This document shows, piece after piece, positions 1-9,394 of a stretch of DNA of 48,247 nucleotides (its first letter is position 1; every line of letters begins with the position of its first letter). Location of the stretch: NCBI GenBank assembly GCA_035274105.1, contig DATEOM010000412.1, positions 1 through 48,247 on the forward strand. Reading direction: 5' to 3'. The position numbers and the translations under genes are program-made. The stretch is from Microbacterium sp. GTDB lineage: Bacteria; Actinomycetota; Actinomycetes; Actinomycetales; Microbacteriaceae. A model generated the notes under the pieces. The model saw only the letters and a program-made list of their open reading frames with translations, had not been told where the DNA came from and did not search any database.

Positions 1-27
1 CCCGCAGCATCCGGGAAGGTGAATGAC

Positions 28-1200
<1,173 letters not shown>

Positions 1201-1236
1201 ACCGGCGAAGGCCCCGCAGATGGGTAGGGTGAGCCG

Positions 1237-2040
1237 GTGACCGACGACGCGGCCCGCACCAACGACACCATCCAGTCCCTCGTGCGCGGGCTCGCGGTCA
1301 TCCGGGCGTTCGATGCGGAGCACCCCGAGCTGACGCTGAGCGAGGTGGCGCGCCGCGCCGACATCACGCGCGCGGCCGCGGGACGGTTCCTGCGCACCCT
1401 CGAGGAACTGGGCTACGTCCGCCTTTCGAACGGCTCAGGGACCGGCAGCGCCGTCGGCCGGACGTTCGCGCTCACCCCGCGCGTGCTCGAGCTCGGGTTC
1501 AGCTACCTCTCCGCTCTCTCGATCCCCGAGATCGTGCAGCCGCACCTCGAGCGGCTGTCGCGCGAGGTCGACGAGAGCGTGTCGGCCGCCGTGCTTGACG
1601 GCGGCGACATCGTCTACATCGCGCGCGTCCCGACGCGGCGCATCATGAGCGTGCGCATCACGATCGGCACCCGGTTCCCCGCGTTCGCGACGTCGATGGG
1701 GCGCGTGCTGCTGGCGGGGCTGCCCGATGCCGCGCGCGACGAGTTGCTCGCAGCATCCGTCCTCCCGTCCCTCACCGAGCGCACCGTGACCGACACAGCG
1801 GAGCTGCGCGCGGAGCTCGACCGCGTGCTCGCACAGGGCTGGTCCCTCGTCGACGGCGAGCTGGAGCCGGGCCTGCGCTCGGTGGCCGTGCCGCTGCACG
1901 ATCGCCGCGGAGACGTCGTGGCCGCGGTCAACGTCTCGACGAGCGCCACCCGCGACAGCGTCGAGCACGTCCTCGAGCGGCACCTGCCCGCGCTCACGCA
2001 GACGGCCTCCGCGATCGACGGCGAACTGCGCCTCGTCTGA
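1237..2040 (+). CDS. pcaR: IclR-family transcriptional regulator, PcaR/PobR-like
   Basis: N-terminal QSLVRGLAVIRAF...LTLSEVA HTH; C-terminal IGTRFPAFATSMGRVLLA and ELEPGLRSVAVP effector domain. Confidence 0.8.
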   Translation: MTDDAARTNDTIQSLVRGLAVIRAFDAEHPELTLSEVARRADITRAAAGRFLRTLEELGYVRLSNGSGTGSAVGRTFALTPRVLELGFSYLSALSIPEIVQPHLERLSREVDESVSAAVLDGGDIVYIARVPTRRIMSVRITIGTRFPAFATSMGRVLLAGLPDAARDELLAASVLPSLTERTVTDTAELRAELDRVLAQGWSLVDGELEPGLRSVAVPLHDRRGDVVAAVNVSTSATRDSVEHVLERHLPALTQTASAIDGELRLV

Positions 2041-2054
2041 CCCCGGCCGCCGAA

Positions 2055-2118
2055 GATTCAGGAGAAACCGCGCCGCCGAGGCGTTGCGCGGCTCGGTGCG
2101 CGGCGTTTCTCCTGAATC
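2055..2118. terminator. Inverted repeat between convergent genes (REP-like element or bidirectional terminator)
   Basis: GATTCAGGAGAAAC (2055-2068) is the exact reverse complement of GTTTCTCCTGAATC (2105-2118), with a GC-rich partially paired interior. Confidence 0.65.
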
Positions 2119-2153
2119 CTTGACGCGCGAACCCGGGCCGACCGGCGCCCGCG

Positions 2154-3029
2154 TCAGAAGACGATGGTGTGGTTGCCGTGGCGGATGACGCGGTCCTCGG
2201 CGTGCCACAGCACGGCGCGGGAGAGCACCTGGCGCTCGACGTCGGCGCCCCGGCGGGCGAGCTCGGCGGCGGAGTCCGCGTGGGTCACCCGCACGGTGTC
2301 CTGCTCGATGATCGGGCCCTCGTCGAGGTCGTCCGTGACGTAGTGAGAGGTGGCGCCGATGAGCTTGACGCCGCGCTCCTTGGCCTTCTTGTACGGCTCG
2401 GCGCCGATGAAGGCGGGCAGGAACGAGTGGTGGATGTTGATCACCGGCACCCCGAGCTCCTTGAGGAAGTCGCCGGACAGGATCTGCATGTAGCGGGCCA
2501 GCACCACGAAGTCCACGTTCCCGCGCAGGAGCTCGAGGATCTTCGCCTCGGATGCGGACTTGTCGGGGCCGGCGACGCCCGGCACGTGAAAGAACGGCAC
2601 GCCGAACGAGCGCACGTCCTCGGCGGAGGCGGTGTGGTTCGAGATCACCATCGGCACGGTCGCCGGCAGGTCGCCGCGGCGGTGCCGCCACAGCAGGTCG
2701 AGGAGGCAGTGGTCCTGCTTCGACGACAGGATCGCCATGCGCTTGGGCACGGACTGGTCGGTGAGCGACCACTCCAGGTCGAAGGCGGCGAGGGTCGCGG
2801 CGATCTCGGCTTCGATGTGCGGGCGATCGGCTGCGAAGCCCGGCCGGTGGAACACAACCCGCTGGAAGTACGCACCGCCCTCGGGGTTGTCGGAGTACTG
2901 GTCGAACGCGACGATGTTGCCGCCGATGCGCGTGATCATCGCCGAGACCGCCGCCACGATCCCCGGCTGGTCGCTGCCGTGGACGATGAGGCAGGCGTGG
3001 TCGGGATTCAGGTGCGGGGAGGCGGCCAT
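2154..3029 (-). CDS. purU: Formyltetrahydrofolate deformylase
   Basis: N-terminal ACT domain (DQPGIVAAVS); VLARYMQILS, INIHHSFLPAFIGAEPY, GVKLIGATSHYVT, LDEGPIIEQ motifs. Confidence 0.95.
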   Translation of the reverse strand: MAASPHLNPDHACLIVHGSDQPGIVAAVSAMITRIGGNIVAFDQYSDNPEGGAYFQRVVFHRPGFAADRPHIEAEIAATLAAFDLEWSLTDQSVPKRMAILSSKQDHCLLDLLWRHRRGDLPATVPMVISNHTASAEDVRSFGVPFFHVPGVAGPDKSASEAKILELLRGNVDFVVLARYMQILSGDFLKELGVPVINIHHSFLPAFIGAEPYKKAKERGVKLIGATSHYVTDDLDEGPIIEQDTVRVTHADSAAELARRGADVERQVLSRAVLWHAEDRVIRHGNHTIVF

Positions 3030-3127
3030 TGTTCGATTCTGCCCTGTGCGAAGGAATGCCGCTTCTTGAGGTCGGCCCGCGCGACATGCACGGGACAGAC
3101 GGATGCCGCGGCCCGTACCCTGACGGC

Positions 3128-4132
3128 ATGAGCACCGCCTCCGGGGCCCGGGCAGCGGCCCGCGACGACCGCATCACGATGCGGTTCATGGCGGTGCCCG
3201 CCGACACCGCCGCGGGAGGCCGCTCGGTCGCGGCGGGCAGCGTCATGGAGTGGATCGACAAGGCCGGCTACGCCTGCGCCGTCGGCTGGGCGGGTGCCTA
3301 CTGCGTCACCGCGTACGTCGGGAACGTCCGCCACCGGCGGCCCATCGCGCCAGGGAGCCTCATCGAGGTGCAGGCCCGCATCGTCTACACCGGCCGCACG
3401 AGCATGCACGTGGTCGTCACGGTCTCGTCGACCGATGTGAACGAGCGCCTGTACACGCCCGCGACGACCTGCATCCTGGTCTTCGTCGCGAAGGGCGCCG
3501 ACGGCCGGCCCGCCGAGGTGCCGGCGTGGAAGCCGATGAGCCGCTCCGACCACAAGCTCGCCGAAGGGGCGCTGGAGAGGATCGAGTCGCGCGCCGAGAT
3601 CAAGCGCCTCATGCTCGAGGAGGACTACACGGATGCCTCGACCGCCCCGCGCACGACGCTGAGGTTCCTCGCGCCGCCCGGCGTGGTGAACTTCGGCGGC
3701 AAGGCGCACGGCGGCACGGTCATGCGCTGGATCGACGAGGCCGGCTACGCCGTCGCCGCGGCGTGGGCGAAGGACGGCGACGACGCGAGTGCGGCGATCG
3801 GCGTCTACTCCGGCGGCATCCACTTCCTCGCACCGGTCGTGATCGGGCATCTCGTCGACGTCGACGCGCGCATCGTCTACACGAGCCGGCACAGCTTGCA
3901 CGTGAGCACGCGCGTGTGGACCGCCGACCCGCGCACGCCCCAGGACCGCGTGCTCACGACCCAGTGCCTCAGCGTGTTCGTCGTGCCCGGCGCCGACGGC
4001 GTCGCCCAGCCGGTCCCGCAGTGGACGCCCGAGCTCTCGGAAGACCAGCGCCTTCAGGAGCACGTGCGCGAGATCATGGCGCTGCGCGAGGAGATCGTGC
4101 CGATCGCGGCGTCCCTCACGCTCGAGCCGTAG
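3128..4132 (+). CDS. Acyl-CoA thioesterase, tandem hotdog folds
   Basis: Two repeats of the hotdog motif (AAGSVMEWIDKAGYACA / HGGTVMRWIDEAGYAVA) each followed by ARIVYT.R.S.HV. Confidence 0.85.
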   Translation: MSTASGARAAARDDRITMRFMAVPADTAAGGRSVAAGSVMEWIDKAGYACAVGWAGAYCVTAYVGNVRHRRPIAPGSLIEVQARIVYTGRTSMHVVVTVSSTDVNERLYTPATTCILVFVAKGADGRPAEVPAWKPMSRSDHKLAEGALERIESRAEIKRLMLEEDYTDASTAPRTTLRFLAPPGVVNFGGKAHGGTVMRWIDEAGYAVAAAWAKDGDDASAAIGVYSGGIHFLAPVVIGHLVDVDARIVYTSRHSLHVSTRVWTADPRTPQDRVLTTQCLSVFVVPGADGVAQPVPQWTPELSEDQRLQEHVREIMALREEIVPIAASLTLEP

Positions 4133-4220
4133 CCCGTGGCGTGGCGTGGCGGGCTATGCAGCGCCGACCAGATCGCCGTTGCGGGTGAGGGTGAGATACC
4201 GCGCGACGGCGTCGCGGGGG

Positions 4221-4432
4221 CTGCTCATGGGCCTCGCCCAGCTCCTCTCCTTCGTCTACATCGGGCCGTACCTCGCCGAGTCGGCGGGATAGCGGGCGGC
4301 TCGTGGGCCGGCGGCCAGCTCACCGCGACGTACGGGCCGACGGCGAACATGGCGGTGTCAGGCGTGGTCGTGCTGCTCGCCGCCGGCCTCACCGCGGTGG
4401 GGGTCGGACTGGCGGCGCGACACAACGCGTGA
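4221..4432 (+). pseudogene. Internally deleted remnant of an MFS (DHA1-like) transporter
   Basis: Frame from 4221 reads LLMGLAQLLSFVYIGPYLAESAG* (TM7-like). A different frame from about 4286 reads GIAGGSWAGGQLTATYG...VSGVVVLLAAGLTAVGV (TM11-12-like). No start codon or N-terminal half. Confidence 0.55.
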
Positions 4433-4454
4433 GGCCCCGCCGGCAGCGTGGCAC

Positions 4455-5408
4455 TCAGCCGGGCTGACTCACGACGGACGTCGGGCGATTCGACACGGAT
4501 GCCGCGGCCTGCTCGAAGATGCCGCGCATCCAGGCGTGCTCGGGGTCGCGGCCGTGGACGGGGTGCCACCACAGGGCGTTGACGACGGGCGTCGCGTCGA
4601 AGGGGGCCTCCAGCGTGCGCACGCCCGGGACGGACTCGGCGACGTGGGCGAGCCCAGCCTGGATCAGGCCGAGGCGGTTGGTGCCGGCGATGAAGTGCGG
4701 CAGCGCGAGGAAGCTCTCGACGACCGCCTCGATGTGAGGCTCGATGCCGAGCTGCTGCAGCTGCCGGGCCGCTGACGTGAAGGCTGTGCGCGACTGGTAG
4801 GTGAAGACCCATGGCAGGGCGCCGAGCACGTTCATCGTGAGCTCGTCGCCGACCTGCTCGTTCGACTCGGAGGCCACGACCACCCAGCCGTCCCGCCAGA
4901 GATCGGCGTACGGGAGGTCGACGAGGTAGCCGTGCGGGATCACCATCCCGTCGGCGGAGCGCAGCCGGTTGAGGGCGTCGTCGACGATGGCCGGGTTGTG
5001 CAGCATGAAGCGGAAGCGCACGCCGGGTGCGGCCTCCGCGGCGAGGCGCGACACCTCGCTGCCGATGGCGGCGAAGCCGTAGTCGGAGCCGTAGATCGAG
5101 AATTCGCGGGTTGAGTCCCTCGGGCTCCACGTGGCCTGGCTCTCGAACACGCGGCGCGCGGCCTCGAGCGCCGTCGTCGTGTGCTCGGTGAGGCGCAGGG
5201 CGAGCGGGGTGAGCTCGTAGGTGTTGCCGCGGCGGGCGAGGATCTGGTCGTTGAAGTGCGTGCGCAGGCGCGCGAGCGAGGCGCTGAGCGCGGGCTGGCT
5301 CAGGTGGAGCCGCTCGGCCGCGCGCGTCACGCTGCGCTCGGTGAGCAGCGCGTCGAGGGCGACCAGGAGGTTCAGATCGAGCCGGGAGAGCAGCGGTTGA
5401 TCGGACAC
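4455..5408 (-). CDS. LysR-family regulator, NodD/FdeR-like
   Basis: LDLNLLVALDALLTERSVTRAAERLHLSQPALSASLARLRTHFND closely follows the NodD N-terminus; C-terminal WH...RDPEHAWMR. GTG start at 5408 with GGAGGAG RBS. Divergent from the 5624 operon. Confidence 0.85.
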   Translation of the reverse strand: MSDQPLLSRLDLNLLVALDALLTERSVTRAAERLHLSQPALSASLARLRTHFNDQILARRGNTYELTPLALRLTEHTTTALEAARRVFESQATWSPRDSTREFSIYGSDYGFAAIGSEVSRLAAEAAPGVRFRFMLHNPAIVDDALNRLRSADGMVIPHGYLVDLPYADLWRDGWVVVASESNEQVGDELTMNVLGALPWVFTYQSRTAFTSAARQLQQLGIEPHIEAVVESFLALPHFIAGTNRLGLIQAGLAHVAESVPGVRTLEAPFDATPVVNALWWHPVHGRDPEHAWMRGIFEQAAASVSNRPTSVVSQPG

Positions 5409-5450
5409 GACGGTGTGCTCCTCCGGATTCGGGATGCCTCCGCCCAGTGT

Positions 5451-5496
5451 ATCCGCGCAATCTATGCGGCGGGGAGGTGGCATCGTTCGCAACGAT
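5451..5496. promoter_or_regulatory. Candidate LysR (nod-box-like) binding sites
   Basis: ATC-N9-TAT at 5451-5465 and palindromic ATC-N9-GAT (CATCGTT-CGC-AACGATG) at 5482-5496, 31 bp apart, in the LysR/operon divergent region. Confidence 0.55.
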
Positions 5497-5623
5497 GTGC
5501 GGGCGGTGTCCCGATTATGCGCACATCACACTTACTTATGTCTCAATCACGCCTAATGCTGATACTCTCGAAGCGACTCCCGGCCCGCGACAGCGCGGTC
5601 CCGACCCCAGAGAGCGAGCATCG

Positions 5624-6925
5624 ATGCTTCTCGAGAGAGATCTCATCCAGTCCGTCGGCTTCCGCAATGTGCGCGAAGGGGGTGAGACCACCGGCTTCCA
5701 ATTCCGTCTGCGCATGCCGTCGTACCGCGGCATGGCCGCATCCCTCATCGACGGCGTCGCGGTCCGCGTCGGGAGCCTCGTCGACGTCCCCGCGGACGTG
5801 CCCCGCTGGACCTTTGCGGGCCGCACCTACTCGCTGCAGGAGCTGTGGGACTCGGAGGGCGTCCGCTGGCCGCTCGAGGAAGCGGCGATCGTCACGGTGC
5901 CGTACCCCGGCGGGCTTCCCGAGGGCACGCACGAGGTCTCGATCCAGCTACGCCTGCGCATGTCGTACATCCCCCAGGAGCACCAGCCGTCGACCTACGA
6001 TGTCTCGCGGCACATCACCCTCACCTCCTCGGAGGACGGCGGCCCCTTCAAGTACGGCGTCAGCCTCTACAGCTTCATGACCGACTACGGCACGGTGATG
6101 GACCTCGAGACGGCGCTCGCCGCCGTGGCCGATGTCGGCGCGACCGGTGTCGAGATCCTCGGCGAGGGCCACATCGAGCGGTACCCCGAGCCCACGACCG
6201 AGTGGATCGATCGCTGGTTCGCGCTGCTCGAAAAGTACTCCCTCGAGCCGACGAACTACGGCTCGTGGATCGACACGCGCCTGCACTCCAGCGGCGCGAA
6301 CGCGCGTGACCTCACAGCGGTCGAGGGAGCTGCGATGCTGCAGCGGGACCTCCGTCTCGCGAAGCGGCTGGGGTTCCGCTTCGTGCGCCCGAAGATCGGC
6401 GTCGTCTCGAGCGATCTCATCCCGCACCCGATCTGGACGGAGTCCGTCGAGCGCTCGCTCGACCTCGCGGCCGAACTTGACATCGTCATCTGCCCCGAGA
6501 TCCACTCGCCGACGCCCATCAAGCACGAGGTCGTCGACGACTACATCGGCCTCATCGAGCGCACCGGAACGAAGCACTTCGGGCTACTGCTCGACACCGG
6601 CATCTTCCAGGACCGGCCCATCCCGCTGAAACCCGGAGAGCTGCCCGGCCGCCGCCCGGCGTTCCTCGACGGCATCGCGGTCGACCCCGCCGACATCGCC
6701 GACATCGCGAAGTACGTCGTCTTCATCCAAGCGAAGTTCCACGACATCGACGAGAACCTCGAAGACCAGCAGATCCCGTGGGAGCCGGTGCTCCGCGCCC
6801 TGAAGGACGCCGGCTACACGGGCTACCTCTCGAGCGAGTACGAGGGTGACCGCATCCCCTGGCGCTCGATCGAGCAGGTGCGCCGCCAGCACGCGCTCAT
6901 CCGCTCCATCGCCTCCACCCTCTGA
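5624..6925 (+). CDS. C-glycoside deglycosidase beta-alpha fusion 1 (DUF6379-like domain + xylose-isomerase-like TIM barrel)
   Basis: N-terminal GFRNVREGGETTGFQFRLRMPSYRG...LRLRMSYIP resembles DgpB/CarC. C-terminal KYGVSLYSF, GVEILGE, EIHS, DTG, AKFHDIDE, YLSSEYEG resembles DgpC/CarB. Confidence 0.8.
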   Translation: MLLERDLIQSVGFRNVREGGETTGFQFRLRMPSYRGMAASLIDGVAVRVGSLVDVPADVPRWTFAGRTYSLQELWDSEGVRWPLEEAAIVTVPYPGGLPEGTHEVSIQLRLRMSYIPQEHQPSTYDVSRHITLTSSEDGGPFKYGVSLYSFMTDYGTVMDLETALAAVADVGATGVEILGEGHIERYPEPTTEWIDRWFALLEKYSLEPTNYGSWIDTRLHSSGANARDLTAVEGAAMLQRDLRLAKRLGFRFVRPKIGVVSSDLIPHPIWTESVERSLDLAAELDIVICPEIHSPTPIKHEVVDDYIGLIERTGTKHFGLLLDTGIFQDRPIPLKPGELPGRRPAFLDGIAVDPADIADIAKYVVFIQAKFHDIDENLEDQQIPWEPVLRALKDAGYTGYLSSEYEGDRIPWRSIEQVRRQHALIRSIASTL

Positions 6926-6951
6926 CGAACCGCCCGAAACCGGAGAGAACC

Positions 6952-8493
6952 ATGCCCAACGGACTCATCGCCGAAGACAGCCTCCGCCCGCACCCGGACG
7001 GCCTCGCGCTGAAGCTCACCCTGCCCTGGTACCGGAGCCTGTGGCTCTCGTCCGTCTCCGCCCTGCGCCTCACCGTCGACGGGGTCGAGATCGCCACGGA
7101 CGACCTGGCCTTCGAGATCGACGGCACGCGCTACGCCATCGCCGAGCTGTCGCAGCAGAGCGAGACGCTCTGGTTCCTGCAGCAGCATCCGTTCCTCATC
7201 GTCCGTCTCGACAAGCCGGTGGCGCTCGGCGAGCAGCACCAGGTCGAGATCTTCGGCGAGCTGCGCCTGCCCTACATGCAGATCGCACCCGGCCAGGACG
7301 GCGGGCCCGGCATGTACGTGCCGAACATCGTGCGCCAGTTCTTCACGCTGACAGTGACGGACACGGATGCTGCGCCCCTGGCGACCGCGACCGTCCCCAC
7401 GCCCTCTCCAGACGCCGCTGGCGCGTCGCCCGGAGCCTCTGGGCGCGTGGGCCCAATCGCGCCTCCGCCGCCGGCGTCGGAGGACGACCCGTTCCAGCTC
7501 GGCCTCACGCTGTACTCGGCGAGTGCGGAGTTCCGCGCGGGCTGGTACGACTTCGACGGACTGCTGGACCGAGTGGCCGAGCTCGGCATCGGCCCCGGCA
7601 TCGAGATCGTCGCGTCGCAGGTGCTGCCGACCTATCCGGTCGTGTCGGACGAGTTCGTCGCGCAATGGCGCGCCGCGTTCGACAGGCACGGCTTCGACGC
7701 GAGCTCGTTCGGCGCGAACCTCGACATGGGCCGCCGGCGCGACCGCGACATGACGCCGGACGAGGAGTTCGAGTTCAGCGAGCTGATGTTCCAGGGGGCG
7801 AAGAAGCTCGGGTTCCCGCTGGTGCGCATCCAGTCCGCGAAGCCCGAGCTGCTGCGCCGGCTGCTGCCGGTGGCGGAGCGCCTGGACCTGCAGCTGGCGT
7901 ACGAGATCCACGCGCCGATGGGGCCGAACGCCGAGCCGATCCTCAAGGTGCGCGACACCTACGCCGAGCTCGACTCGCCGCTGCTGGGATTCGTCGCGGA
8001 CTTCTCATCGACGATGCACAGCATGTCGCCGACGCTGCTGCGGGCCGTGCAGCGCGCGGGCCTGGATGACGACGCGCTCACCGAGCTGCAGCGCATCTGG
8101 GCGACCCACGCGACCATGCAGGAGCGCCAGCAGGAGTTCATCGGCTACCTGAAGTCCCGCGACTTCGACCCGGGCCGCCTCGGCTCGTTCGCGCACCTCG
8201 CCTTCAACATGCACGGCCACGTCGACCCGCGCGAGTGGGCCGACATCATGCCGCAGATCAAGCACGTCCACGCGAAGTTCTACGACATCGACGAGAACGG
8301 CCAGGAGCCCGCCATCGACTACCCGGAGCTCGTGCGCGTGTTCGTCGAGGGCGGCTACCGCGGCTACTGGTCGAGCGAGTGGGAGGGGCACGCCTTCGCC
8401 GAGCTTGGCGAGGTCGACCCGCTGCTGCTCGTCCGCAGGCAGCACGACCTCATCCGGGCCTCGATGCGCGCGGTGCAGGCGGCCCGTGTCTGA
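6952..8493 (+). CDS. C-glycoside deglycosidase beta-alpha fusion 2 with Pro/Ala-rich linker
   Basis: Beta domain LPWYRSLWLS...YMQIAPGQDGGPG; linker TATVPTPSPDAAGASPG...APPPP; alpha domain LGLTLYS, EIHA, ADFSSTMHS, HVHAKFYDID, SSEWEGH. Direct paralogue of the 28033 and 29094 genes. Confidence 0.85.
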   Translation: MPNGLIAEDSLRPHPDGLALKLTLPWYRSLWLSSVSALRLTVDGVEIATDDLAFEIDGTRYAIAELSQQSETLWFLQQHPFLIVRLDKPVALGEQHQVEIFGELRLPYMQIAPGQDGGPGMYVPNIVRQFFTLTVTDTDAAPLATATVPTPSPDAAGASPGASGRVGPIAPPPPASEDDPFQLGLTLYSASAEFRAGWYDFDGLLDRVAELGIGPGIEIVASQVLPTYPVVSDEFVAQWRAAFDRHGFDASSFGANLDMGRRRDRDMTPDEEFEFSELMFQGAKKLGFPLVRIQSAKPELLRRLLPVAERLDLQLAYEIHAPMGPNAEPILKVRDTYAELDSPLLGFVADFSSTMHSMSPTLLRAVQRAGLDDDALTELQRIWATHATMQERQQEFIGYLKSRDFDPGRLGSFAHLAFNMHGHVDPREWADIMPQIKHVHAKFYDIDENGQEPAIDYPELVRVFVEGGYRGYWSSEWEGHAFAELGEVDPLLLVRRQHDLIRASMRAVQAARV

Positions 8494-9394
8494 CACCGAG
8501 GTCGACTTCCGCACGCTGCCGCTCTCCGAGGTGCTCCGGATGTTCCGTGAGCAGGGCGAGCCGGCCGACCCCCGCCCCGACATCGACACGGAGTCGCTGA
8601 AGCGCCGCTTCCCCCGCCTCGCGAACGTCGAGACACGCGACGTCTCGATCGACGGGGACGCCCGCGCGGTGCCGGCGCGGCTGTACACGGATGCCTCGGC
8701 CGAGGCATCCGGTCGCGCCCTGGTCTGGGTGCACGGCGGCGCGTTCATCGGCGGGCACCTCGACATGCCGGAGTCGCACTGGGCCGCGCTCGAGCTCGCG
8801 GCGCGCGGCATCCCGGTGCTCGCGGTCGACTACGTCAAGTGCCTCGGAGACGTGCATTTCCCCGAGCCTTCGGACGACGTCCTCGCCGCATGGCGCCACG
8901 CGGTCGCGCACGCGGAGGAGCTGTTCGGCACCAGCGACCTCTCTCTCGGTGGAGCCAGCGCGGGGGGCAATCTGACCGCGGGAGCCGTTGCACGGCTGCG
9001 GGAATCCGGCGATCGGGTGCCCGACGGACTCGTGCTCGTCTACCCGGTCGTGCACCCGAACGGCCCGGCGGCCTCGACGGAACTCGATCCCGACTCCCCG
9101 CATGGCGACCTCGCGCTGAACTTCGCGGGCTCCGTCGAGACACTGGCCGATCCGCACGCGTTCGCGGCGCTCGGGTCGGTCGAAGGCTTCCCGCCGACGT
9201 TCGTGCTCGTGTGTGAATTCGACGGGCTGCGTCCGTCGGGTGAGGCGTTCGCGCGGCAGTTGGATGCTGCCGGGATCGACGTCGCCCTCCGCGTGGAGGC
9301 CGGCGCCGACCACGGCCACATCAATGAGCCCGCCGATCCGACCGCGCTGCCGACCGTCGAGGCGATCGCGGACTGGATGCGGTCACGCGGATGA
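8486..9394 (+). CDS. Alpha/beta hydrolase, family IV (HSL-like) esterase
   Basis: HGGAF oxyanion motif, GASAGG nucleophile, EFDGLR Asp, DHGH His. GTG start overlaps the upstream stop. Confidence 0.85.
   Translation: MSDTEVDFRTLPLSEVLRMFREQGEPADPRPDIDTESLKRRFPRLANVETRDVSIDGDARAVPARLYTDASAEASGRALVWVHGGAFIGGHLDMPESHWAALELAARGIPVLAVDYVKCLGDVHFPEPSDDVLAAWRHAVAHAEELFGTSDLSLGGASAGGNLTAGAVARLRESGDRVPDGLVLVYPVVHPNGPAASTELDPDSPHGDLALNFAGSVETLADPHAFAALGSVEGFPPTFVLVCEFDGLRPSGEAFARQLDAAGIDVALRVEAGADHGHINEPADPTALPTVEAIADWMRSRG

Noticed and set aside
1435-3261. Long alternative-frame and antisense ORFs (this 608-aa ORF; also 24842-26845, 30899-32719, 33788-35659 and many more)
   Set aside because: Arg/Pro/Ala-rich shadows of well-supported genes, expected in high-GC DNA with few stop codons; no family motifs.
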